This document shows, piece after piece, positions 37,973 through 48,415 of a stretch of 64,000 bases of DNA. Both the position numbers and the translations under genes were made by a program. The DNA comes from Minisyncoccota bacterium (GTDB lineage: Bacteria; Patescibacteriota; Minisyncoccia; Phycocordibacterales; SBAW01): assembly GCA_035510635.1 (NCBI GenBank), contig DATKGU010000001.1:649-64648 (forward strand). The letters are read 5' to 3'. How positions within the stretch are numbered: the first letter of the stretch is position 1; each line of letters starts with the position of its first letter. The notes beneath the pieces were generated by a model. The model saw nothing but the letters and a program-made list of their open reading frames with translations, did not search any database and was not told the DNA's origin.

Positions 37973-38551
37973 ATGAGCCTCTACGAAAAAATAGCCACAG
38001 TCATAATCGTTATATTAGTGTTGATAATGGTTGTCTTTTCATACCACGAGTACAAAGAGCCGGCGCATGAGAGCGCCTCGGGCCCTAACTCGGGCTTTGA
38101 CCAAAGCATTGGTGCCGATTTTATCATTGGCCCGTACAACAGGGTGGTGAGCTCGCAGGTGTCGGGCGGCCTTGAGGATAATTGCACCGAGCTCCAATCT
38201 GTTTTTGTCGGCACACTCCACGATATTAAAGAGCGTCTTGAGCATTTAAAAACCTACACCGGTGTGGAGGATCCGTTTGAGGTTAATGAGGCAACGCTGC
38301 AGCTGTTGTGCAACAAAAATGTAACCCTAACGCTCAGCGACGCGAGCGACAACACGCTCGTGTTGCAAAAAATTCCGTTTGTACGAATGGTCCCGCAAAA
38401 TGGCGAGCAAGATGATATAGGCACCGAGGTGCACATCAATGCCACGCTGGTGCCCAAAGGGGGAGTAGAGCCGAGCCAACCCACAACCTATGGTGATGAA
38501 TTAATCCCCGACCGCTTCCTCGACGTAGCAACCTCGAGCCAAGTGCAGTAA
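37973..38551 (+). CDS. hypothetical membrane-anchored protein
   Basis: N-terminal TM helix, 192 aa. Confidence 0.6.
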   Translation: MSLYEKIATVIIVILVLIMVVFSYHEYKEPAHESASGPNSGFDQSIGADFIIGPYNRVVSSQVSGGLEDNCTELQSVFVGTLHDIKERLEHLKTYTGVEDPFEVNEATLQLLCNKNVTLTLSDASDNTLVLQKIPFVRMVPQNGEQDDIGTEVHINATLVPKGGVEPSQPTTYGDELIPDRFLDVATSSQVQ

Positions 38552-38622
38552 TTCTCTGCACCTCATCTCAAAAACAGGCGGGGGCTTGTAGTGTTAAGGG
38601 CTTACCACTAATCCTTTTTTAC

Positions 38623-38847
38623 ATGGCAACCATCATTAATAATCCTCCGAGCGAAACTACGATTGCGCCCGACAGCTCGTCGGGCTGGGCGGTCGCGGTC
38701 ATTATACTTTTAGTAGTCATTGCAGTAGGCGCGTTTGCATGGATACGCTATCACCGCGCAGGTGTAACACCGGCGCCAAGCACCACGGTGCAGGTCAATT
38801 TGCCCAGCGTTGGTTCCAACTCCGGCACCTCCCCCGCAACTCAATAA
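38623..38847 (+). CDS. small single-TM protein
   Basis: WAVAVIILLVVIAVGAFAW helix. Confidence 0.65.
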   Translation: MATIINNPPSETTIAPDSSSGWAVAVIILLVVIAVGAFAWIRYHRAGVTPAPSTTVQVNLPSVGSNSGTSPATQ

Positions 38848-38948
38848 AGTATTTGCGTTCAACATTACATTACCGAACGCTATCGTAAAAATATAGCAAC
38901 CTAAAATATCAGTAACTGTCAATATTAAGGTGAAGGTATAATACAAAG

Positions 38949-39283
38949 GTCTGGCACAGAAGTTAGTCACTGGCAGATATACCTACTGGAATTGGCTGGT
39001 AGGGAAGTACGTTAATAATGGTCAATAGGCACTTCAAGAAGTCGTCCGTCAGTGCAAGCGTTTCTGCACTCAGCTGAGCGACTTTGCTTAAGGCAAGCAC
39101 GACCGCCGCAAGGCTTGTAGTGTGAGTCAAGGTAATGTGCATGTTGATTATATAAACTAAGTAAAGTTCACCATTCCTGGCTATCTTTGGGTAGTCTTAT
39201 GACCGTAATAGCCCCGCGCTCCGCCGATGCATTTGCATTAATAAGGACACCAGGAGTCCGAGGAGCCGTGTGGGTATGAACTT
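38949..39283 (+). ncRNA. DRT2-associated ncRNA with ~150-nt template region
   Basis: TATAAT 38937-42 upstream; 5' hairpin cctactgg/ctggtagg; aagttca(39164-70)/tgaactt(39277-83) closing stem; candidate pseudoknot attcctgg/ccaggagt; directly 5' of the RT. Confidence 0.8.
39011..39160 (-). other. neo: hidden neo-like repeat unit (50 codons, no stop) that becomes a gene only on concatemeric cDNA
   Basis: antisense frame LVYIINMHITLTHTTSLAAVVLALSKVAQLSAETLALTDDFLKCLLTIIN; junction creates TTGACC-17-TATAAT. Confidence 0.8.
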
Positions 39284-40651
39284 ATGACTGAAGAACAAAG
39301 CATCTTACAGCAAACGTGGCTTCAAAAAGAAAGGTTAAATTTGGAACCAAGAAAAGACTATTCGCCAAAGCGGCAATATTTACATTTTGATAAACGCATA
39401 ACCTCGATAGACTCGGAGGTTCTAAAGAAAGTTTGGAATCCTAAAGCGGTAGCATCACATTCTTTTTATCCCTTCCTACGCGCAGTTAAAAGTGCCTATC
39501 TTTATAAACGTATTCCAGGTACCCGTAAACGGGGGTTGTTTAAAAAGAATCGACCTATAGATTATTCAGCGCACATGGATGCGTTAATTTTGTCTTGGTA
39601 CGCTTCCATCTTGTCAGAACTATACGAGCAAAAAGTTCGTGAGTTTGATGTTTCAAAAAATGCAATTGCGTATCGAAAATTGGATGGCAAGAATAACATT
39701 GACTTCGCAAAGGAAGTTTTTGACTTTGTTGGATCACATCCAGATTTTGTAGCCATTGCATTTGACGTAGAAAAATTTTTTGAAAATATAGACCATAAAC
39801 TTCTTAAAACATTATGGAAAGAACTATTAAAAGTTGGCGAACTCCCAGAAGATCATTACGCCGTATTTAAGGAAATAAGTTCCTTTCGATACGTTGATAT
39901 AAAGCAGATGCATAAACTGTTCGACTTTACTTTCAAGGATCAAGGCCGATTAGATAGGATATGTTCAACAAGAGATTTTAGGAATAAGGTTTGCGATGGC
40001 GGTTTTTTGAAGAAAAACCCTCGTGTTAATCAAAAAACTGGTAACTCTGTAGGTATTCCTCAAGGTTCACCGATAAGCTGTGTGATTTCTAACCTATACA
40101 TGCTTCCTTTTGATGCAGTAGTTGCTAAAAGAATACAAGACTTGGGCGGTATGTACAGAAGATATTCGGACGACATAATCATTGTGGTCCCAAGAGAAAA
40201 AGCTGACGAATGTAATTCTTTTGTTCAGAAAGAAGTCGGGAATATTGGCTTAAATATTAATGATTCTAAAACAGAAAAAGTTAAATTTTTGAATGAGGGT
40301 GGGCACATAGTTGCTCGTGACTGGAGTGAAAACGCAATTGCAAAATTACAATATCTAGGAGTTGAGTTTGATGGTGAGAATACTCGATTGCGTCATGCAG
40401 GCCTCGGGCGTTTCCAAAGACGTCGAGTGAGAAGTGTCCGACGTTTATATAATTGGTCAAAGCATAATAAAAAACCAATACCTATAGAGCCTCTAATAAA
40501 GAAATATACCCGTAAAGGAGGAAACAATTACCTATCTTATGCAGATACATCCAAAACTAAGCTCAACTCTAAGTTGATTGGCAAACAGACTTTTGAACCC
40601 CGGGTGGTTAAACAACTGAAAAAACTTCTTCCAAACAAAAAACACCCATGA
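39284..40651 (+). CDS. drt2: defence-associated reverse transcriptase, DRT2 type
   Basis: YLHFD, HSFYPFL, RPIDYSAHMD, FFENIDH, LPEDHYAVFK, GIPQGSPIS, RYSDD, LQYLGVEFDG: the motif series I recall for Klebsiella DRT2. Confidence 0.9.
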   Translation: MTEEQSILQQTWLQKERLNLEPRKDYSPKRQYLHFDKRITSIDSEVLKKVWNPKAVASHSFYPFLRAVKSAYLYKRIPGTRKRGLFKKNRPIDYSAHMDALILSWYASILSELYEQKVREFDVSKNAIAYRKLDGKNNIDFAKEVFDFVGSHPDFVAIAFDVEKFFENIDHKLLKTLWKELLKVGELPEDHYAVFKEISSFRYVDIKQMHKLFDFTFKDQGRLDRICSTRDFRNKVCDGGFLKKNPRVNQKTGNSVGIPQGSPISCVISNLYMLPFDAVVAKRIQDLGGMYRRYSDDIIIVVPREKADECNSFVQKEVGNIGLNINDSKTEKVKFLNEGGHIVARDWSENAIAKLQYLGVEFDGENTRLRHAGLGRFQRRRVRSVRRLYNWSKHNKKPIPIEPLIKKYTRKGGNNYLSYADTSKTKLNSKLIGKQTFEPRVVKQLKKLLPNKKHP

Positions 40652-40670
40652 CTGGTGCTTTTTGTTCTGT

Positions 40671-41045
40671 TGGTGGAGATGGCGCGAGTTGAACGCGCGT
40701 GCAATGAAGGTTTGCAGAGAGCTTCTACAAGGTGTAGGACATTTTAGTTTTCTTAGGCTCGGATGTTTAAAATGAGCAAAATCATTTTGAGCCGCAGATT
40801 GCAAGTTTCAACGTGTGGTCGAATCAACCCCACTCGCTATATCCTGTTTTATAACATCCTACATCCGCGATCAGGTCACGCGGAGAAGATGCGAGTTGCT
40901 TAGGCTAATGCGAAAGCGAACTCGTTCGCCGAGAAATACGGCGATGCAACTGACTTTGCAGTTATGGTTACCGGATTTTTAAGAAGTTCCGGACTTCTAC
41001 CTCGCACTCAATGCATGAGCCTCATTGTCTAGGCCCGGCATCCCC
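40671..41045 (-). ncRNA. ssrA: tmRNA; tag AKSVASPYFSANEFAFALA* at 40959-40900
   Basis: 5' GGGGATG..GAC, 3' T-arm and TCCACCA, tag ending ALA*, adjacent to smpB. Confidence 0.93.
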
Positions 41046-41049
41046 ATAG

Positions 41050-41511
41050 TTATTGATTTTTCAACGTGCGTTGTATGTCGCGTTTCGTGTCCCGCTCTTT
41101 TAAGACAGAGCGCTTGTCGTACTTCTTACGACCTTTGGCTATTGCCACGCGCATCTTTACCTTCGAGCCTTTATTATACACCGTCAAAGGCACTATTGTC
41201 AATCCTTTCTGGCCTTCGGCGTCGGCAAGTTTTTGCAACTCTTTTTTGGTGAGGAGCAGGCGGCGCGTGCGGCCGCTCTCGTACTCCTTTGGCGTGTTGG
41301 CCGGCTGGTAGGGAGGGATGTCCATACCCACAATATAGGCCTCGAGGCCACCGCGCCGCCCGCTCGGGCGCACTATTATATGTGCGCCCTCGAGCTTGCC
41401 GTGTTTGGCGCGGAGCGACTTTACCTCGTGGCCGAGCAACTCTAAGCCCGCCTCAAACTCCTCGAGGGTCTCGTAGTCAAAATGCGCCTTTTTATGCTCA
41501 AGCAAATTCAC
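41050..41511 (-). CDS. smpB: SsrA-binding protein
   Basis: KAHFDY, EAGLELLGHEVKSLR, KGRKKYDKR. Confidence 0.96.
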   Translation of the reverse strand: MNLLEHKKAHFDYETLEEFEAGLELLGHEVKSLRAKHGKLEGAHIIVRPSGRRGGLEAYIVGMDIPPYQPANTPKEYESGRTRRLLLTKKELQKLADAEGQKGLTIVPLTVYNKGSKVKMRVAIAKGRKKYDKRSVLKERDTKRDIQRTLKNQ

Positions 41512-41579
41512 GTACTGACTATATCACTTTTTTATGTTCCTTTTGTCAAAACGCATAAAAATGTTATTATGCGGTATTC

Positions 41580-43538
<1,959 letters not shown>

Positions 43539-43605
43539 TCCCGACCAAAGCGTCGGGATTTTTAAGAAATAAAAATCCCCGGCCTTTCGGCTGGGGACGT
43601 TGTTG

Positions 43606-44646
43606 TTACGCCGCGCTTCGCGCGGCAGAGACAAGTGCCGGACCTTGGTATATAAGCCCGGTGTATATCTGCACTAAGTCGGCGCCCTCCTTGAACACCT
43701 CCTCAAACCGTTTTTTACTATTGAGGCCGCCGACAAAGATAATCGGCAGTTTGGTGACTTTGCGTGCAACTTTGAACTTTGCCAGGGTGAGGGGATACAA
43801 CGGATTGCCGCTCAAGCCTCCTGCCTCTTTTGCAACAGGCGAGTGTGGCTCCTTGAGCGGCCGGCTAAGCGTAGTGTTGCCGATAATAAACCCGCTTGCG
43901 CCAGCACCTTCGCAGGCGCCGATTGTTTCCCTAAGCTCGCTTTCGGTAAGGTCGGGCGCGAGTTTTATCAACATCGGTTTTTGCTGTTCGCCCGATTGGC
44001 TGGCAAAGCCGCGCTCGGCCTCAACAAGCTCTCGCACAAAACGTTCGATATACTTGCTGCCTTGGAGTTCGCGCAAACCCGGCGTGTTTGGCGAGCTAAT
44101 ATTAGCAGCGGCATACGCAGCATATCGGCGCAGGCATGTCCACACAAAGATGTAGTCCTGCACCGCGTTTTCGTTGAGCGTTTGTTTCATCTTGCCGAGT
44201 GATACGCCCACGGGGATGGTTAGTCTGCGCTGTTGCTGCTGGAGATTGCTAAGGACGTGATGGACACCTCGGCTGTTGAAGCCCATCCGGTTAATGATTG
44301 CCTGTTCTTGCGGTATGCGAAACAGGCGCGGGCGCTCGTTGCCTTGTTGTACCGCCGGCAACACCGTTCCAACTTCGACAAAACCAAAGCCGAGCGCTTG
44401 GAGCAGCAGCACTATCTCGGCCTCTTTATCGAAGCCGGCGGCAAGCCCCATCCTGTTGGGGAAGGTAATACCAGCCACAGTAGCAGGCCGTGGATTTTTG
44501 TTGGCCTCGAACCACCACGCAACAAGCTTCAATAGAAACGGCTGTGTCTGGATTATTTTTGCCGCTTGTATGGTAAGAGTGTGCGCTTTTTCGGCGTCGT
44601 CTTGCGACAATGCAAAGAGGATTGACCGGACGATACGATACGGCAT
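43606..44646 (-). CDS. pyrD: quinone-dependent dihydroorotate dehydrogenase (class 2)
   Basis: GLAAGFDK, INRMGFNS, NISSPNTPGLR, KLAPD, GGLSG. Confidence 0.92.
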   Translation of the reverse strand: MPYRIVRSILFALSQDDAEKAHTLTIQAAKIIQTQPFLLKLVAWWFEANKNPRPATVAGITFPNRMGLAAGFDKEAEIVLLLQALGFGFVEVGTVLPAVQQGNERPRLFRIPQEQAIINRMGFNSRGVHHVLSNLQQQQRRLTIPVGVSLGKMKQTLNENAVQDYIFVWTCLRRYAAYAAANISSPNTPGLRELQGSKYIERFVRELVEAERGFASQSGEQQKPMLIKLAPDLTESELRETIGACEGAGASGFIIGNTTLSRPLKEPHSPVAKEAGGLSGNPLYPLTLAKFKVARKVTKLPIIFVGGLNSKKRFEEVFKEGADLVQIYTGLIYQGPALVSAARSAA

Positions 44647-44761
44647 GACGTGTGCCTTTCCTAGCTGTGATGTTAAAAGAAGTTCCACTCGTACATTACA
44701 TGACTTTGTTTAAAAAGAAAAACCCGCTCTTGGAAGAGCGGGGTAGTGGTTGGCACTCGCG

Positions 44762-45907
44762 TTAGCGAGTAAATCTGGTCCACGGATTAGGAAGCCCGAA
44801 GGCGTCGTAGTCGCGGGCGAGATTTTGCGCAACACTGGCGCGGTCGGTGTCGTTGAGCGGTTCCCGACGCGCGATTTTCCATAGCACGGTTTTGTCATAG
44901 TAGCGGATGAGCGAAGCAAGTATATCCATTTCCCGTAGAACGAGTGGAAACTCCGGAAGCGGCATCAATAGGTCTTTGGTGTTGTCGGTCCCAAGGCCTA
45001 CCGGTACTCCGGCGACTAGACACTCGCGCACGGGAGCAACAGGGGGGTGCAGTGGCGCGAGGTGATTACGCATCTGCCGCATTGAAGCGGCAGCATGAGG
45101 ACAACACTCCACCCGCATATTGAGTTCTTTGAGATGGCTTATGATTTCCACTCGCTCATTGTCTTCCTTCCCGTCAATGAGCATGTGCACGGCCGACACG
45201 ATGGGGCGTTCCTCAGGGGGTACGCGCATCGCAAGTGCGCGCACCACATTAATGAGCCGTTGTGTTCCACATTCGCCGGGCGTGTTGGTCTGGTCGACAT
45301 GTACATGGAGCGGCAGTTTGTGTTTAATGGCCAGTTCATATAATAGTGCGATATGGCCCTCAAAGCCGACCGGATGGTCGCCTCTGCCGTCGCGCTCGGG
45401 GAGCGCTACGATAAACTGCGCTTTCGGTGCAAGTTCCTGTAGATGCAACCAACGAGGTTCTTGCCACGTCTTGATGCCAAAGATGGCATAGACTGCGACA
45501 TTAATCGTGATTTTCCCGGCATATTTTTTACGCAACTTAAGTGCCGCGCGAAAAGCTCTTCCGTCGATATCGTCGGAGCAGTCTACGATGAGGAATACTT
45601 GGGACTCTCGAGCTGCCATCTTCAGCTGGATGACGAATTCCATTCGTTTGAATAGTTCTTCGTCTTCATAGGCCGAACTGCGATGCAATACACCTATGGC
45701 ATCTTGTTTGACCCATAGAGGTGCGTCGATATAGATACTGAGACCACCGCTACCTTCCTTGGAGTTGCCATTCGTATAAGTGCCGACACGGTCGCCATGG
45801 ATATGACCTTCTATAAATCCCTCCCCATGCATAACCTGTGACCAAAGCCTTGCGAATGCGAGCGCGTCGCGCTTGCTTCGATTATTCTGTAAAAGAGCGG
45901 TCTTCAT
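44762..45907 (-). CDS. amidohydrolase-superfamily protein (cytosine deaminase-like)
   Basis: HIHGD, HVHVDQ, VH, LGTDN metal-ligand motifs. Confidence 0.75.
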   Translation of the reverse strand: MKTALLQNNRSKRDALAFARLWSQVMHGEGFIEGHIHGDRVGTYTNGNSKEGSGGLSIYIDAPLWVKQDAIGVLHRSSAYEDEELFKRMEFVIQLKMAARESQVFLIVDCSDDIDGRAFRAALKLRKKYAGKITINVAVYAIFGIKTWQEPRWLHLQELAPKAQFIVALPERDGRGDHPVGFEGHIALLYELAIKHKLPLHVHVDQTNTPGECGTQRLINVVRALAMRVPPEERPIVSAVHMLIDGKEDNERVEIISHLKELNMRVECCPHAAASMRQMRNHLAPLHPPVAPVRECLVAGVPVGLGTDNTKDLLMPLPEFPLVLREMDILASLIRYYDKTVLWKIARREPLNDTDRASVAQNLARDYDAFGLPNPWTRFTR

Positions 45908-45999
45908 CCCTAGGTCCTCCGTTGTGATAAGGGAATGGTGAAGGCAAACTTACGGAAGGGTAGCATAAACGCTTGTATTGCGATAGAGTTTGGCATATT

Positions 46000-46071
46000 G
46001 GGCGCGTAGCTCAGCGGTAGAGCAGCCGTCTTATACACGGCCGGTCCCTGGTTCGATCCCAGGCGCGCCCA
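46000..46071 (+). tRNA. tRNA-Ile(UAU)
   Basis: full cloverleaf, anticodon arm GCCGT-CT TAT AC-ACGGC; CCA not encoded. Confidence 0.92.
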
Positions 46072-46078
46072 CTAAAGT

Positions 46079-48367
46079 TTATTCAAAGTGAGTTTGATTG
46101 GCTCTTGCAAAGAGCTCGTGCTGGAGGAGAGGGTACGCTAGCAGATTTTCGTCTTTTTGGATTATGGCAAGCGCCTCTTTGCGTGCGGCCTCCACAAGCT
46201 TGAGATTTTTTAGCGCTTCCATGCCGATGTCGCTGATGCCCCATTGTTTGCGGCCGGTAAGTTCGCCTGCGCCGCGCTGGAGCAAATCTTGCTCGGCAAG
46301 CTCAAAGCCGTTTTTGGCTGTCACTAATGCTTTGAGCCGTGCAAGTGTGTGCTCGCCGCGGCTCTCGGGGCAGACAAAACAATACGCTTGATGGTTGCTC
46401 CGCACCACGCGCCCGCGCAATTGGTGGAGCTGTGCCAAGCCAAAACGCTCCGCGCCTTCGATAAAAATCATCGTGGCGTTTGGCACGTTGACGCCCACCT
46501 CCACCACCGAGGTGGCCACAAGTATGTCTATCTCGTGATTCGAAAATTTTGCCATCGTTGTATCTTTTTCCTTCGGAGTCATTTTGCTGTGGAGTATGGC
46601 AATCGTGTATTCGGGAAAGATGTCTTTTTTAAGGCGCTTGGCCTCGGCCGTTACCGACTTGGCCATGATGGCAAACGCTTTGTCCGGATCGGGCTCGTCG
46701 ATGCGCGGACAAATCACGTACGCTTGGCGGCCTTCACTCAGCTGCTCGTGCATTTGTGCATACGCTTTTGCGCGCTCGGATGGTTTTACGATTTCGGTGA
46801 TGATGGGTTTGCGGCCCGCGGGCATTTGGTCGAGCAGCGTGAGGTCGAGGTCGCCATACACCGTGAGCGCGAGCGTGCGCGGGATTGGCGTGGCGGTCAT
46901 CGAGAGTAGATGTGGAAGCGGAGTAAGCTCATGACGGACACGCTGTGAGCTGCCAAGGTGGCCGGCAGGAACTTGCTCCGCTTTATTTTTCTTGGCCAAC
47001 TTTTTGCGCTGATTGACGCCAAAGCGGTGCTGCTCGTCGATGATAACGAGCGCGAGGTGTTTAAACTGCACCGACTTTTGTATCAGCGCGTGTGTGCCTA
47101 TCACGACCGGTATCTCGCCGTTGGCCACCCACTTTAAAAGTTGTGCGCGCGATATGGCGGTTGCTTTATTGCGTGCAACTTTGGAGGGAAATTTGTAACA
47201 GCCGCTGCCGGTGATGAGCCCGATGTTGATGGGGAAGTGCTCAAAATATTTTATAAACGACTCAAAGTGCTGCTTGGCCAAAATTTCGGTCGGCGCCATG
47301 TAGGCCACTTGAAGCGTGCCAAACGTTTGACCCTCGGGCCGCGTGCGCACCGCGGCAAAAACGGCCGTGGCTGCCACGGCCGTTTTGCCGCTGCCGACGT
47401 CTCCTTCGAGGAGACGAGACATGGGATGGCCGCCCTGCATGTCGTGCAAAATAGCATCGATTGCGCGGCTTTGCGCCGCGGTTGGCGTAAAAGGGAAGTG
47501 GCTTACAAACTCGGCAACCTCTTGGGGCGGCGCATCAACCGCAAAACTTTTTTCACGCAGCTGCTTCCGCCGCTCTTGGCCGCGCTCGAGCTGTATCATA
47601 AACACTTCCTCAAACGCAAAGCGCTTGCGCGCGGCCACCGAGTCGGCGAGTTTTTGCGGCGTGTGCATCCACACGAGTGCGTGGGCTCGGCTCGGCAAAT
47701 GATAGCGTTTGATAATATCGGGAGGGATAGGGTCCTCAACATTTTCGAGTGCGCCGTCTTTGATAATTTTTGCAACAGCGTGCCGCATCCAAAGCGATGT
47801 CACACCTTTTGTTTCCGGATAGACTGCAAACAGGTCGTTGGGCTTCTCAGAAAAAGGCTCTGAAAAAGTCCTCGGGCCGCGCCCGGCGTCAGACGCCGAG
47901 GCGCTTCCAGACTTTTCCATTTCCTTTTTCTGATTCGCTTCAAACAAACTTTCTTCAGCAATAGAAACTTTTTGCAATTGCGGATTTGCTAAATACAATT
48001 TGCCTGCGCTGCCGCTCACTTTGCCAACCGCGCGCACGCGCGTGCCGTCGATATACATCTTGGCAATGTACGGCTGGTTAAACCACCGGCACTTGACGCG
48101 GCCGCTACTGTCCCGCACGTACCCCTCGCTCACGGGGATGCGGCTCTTCCAACTTTTTTTGGTCTCCATTTTTTCGAGCACACCAATGATGCTCGCCTCC
48201 ATGCCAAGTGTGAGCCCCGCCACGGCCGCCTCGCCGCCGGCTTGCTCGTATCGAAAAGGGAAGTGATACAAAAGGTCGCGCACGGTGGTAATCCCGAGCC
48301 GCGCCAAGGCGGCCTTGTGAGCATCTGCGAGCCGAAACGTGTTGGAGAGGGGATCGGTGAGTCGCAT
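46079..48367 (-). CDS. recG: ATP-dependent DNA helicase RecG
   Basis: GDVGSGKT, DEQHRFG, MTATPIPRTL, QLHQLRGRV. Confidence 0.96.
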   Translation of the reverse strand: MRLTDPLSNTFRLADAHKAALARLGITTVRDLLYHFPFRYEQAGGEAAVAGLTLGMEASIIGVLEKMETKKSWKSRIPVSEGYVRDSSGRVKCRWFNQPYIAKMYIDGTRVRAVGKVSGSAGKLYLANPQLQKVSIAEESLFEANQKKEMEKSGSASASDAGRGPRTFSEPFSEKPNDLFAVYPETKGVTSLWMRHAVAKIIKDGALENVEDPIPPDIIKRYHLPSRAHALVWMHTPQKLADSVAARKRFAFEEVFMIQLERGQERRKQLREKSFAVDAPPQEVAEFVSHFPFTPTAAQSRAIDAILHDMQGGHPMSRLLEGDVGSGKTAVAATAVFAAVRTRPEGQTFGTLQVAYMAPTEILAKQHFESFIKYFEHFPINIGLITGSGCYKFPSKVARNKATAISRAQLLKWVANGEIPVVIGTHALIQKSVQFKHLALVIIDEQHRFGVNQRKKLAKKNKAEQVPAGHLGSSQRVRHELTPLPHLLSMTATPIPRTLALTVYGDLDLTLLDQMPAGRKPIITEIVKPSERAKAYAQMHEQLSEGRQAYVICPRIDEPDPDKAFAIMAKSVTAEAKRLKKDIFPEYTIAILHSKMTPKEKDTTMAKFSNHEIDILVATSVVEVGVNVPNATMIFIEGAERFGLAQLHQLRGRVVRSNHQAYCFVCPESRGEHTLARLKALVTAKNGFELAEQDLLQRGAGELTGRKQWGISDIGMEALKNLKLVEAARKEALAIIQKDENLLAYPLLQHELFARANQTHFE

Positions 48368-48415
48368 GTTCTCCTTGAATATACACCGCCTGCGTTAGAG
48401 CGTATACTCATATTC

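Noticed and set aside
39005-39163. aagta direct repeat (154-nt period) as the template jump site
   Set aside because: 154 is not a multiple of 3 and would give a 21-nt promoter spacer; the 150-nt register satisfies both constraints.
38949-40651. Retron, group II intron or DGR interpretation of the RT
   Set aside because: No VTG retron motif or a1/a2 repeats, no maturase/endonuclease domain or intron ends, no TR/VR pair; the motifs follow DRT2.
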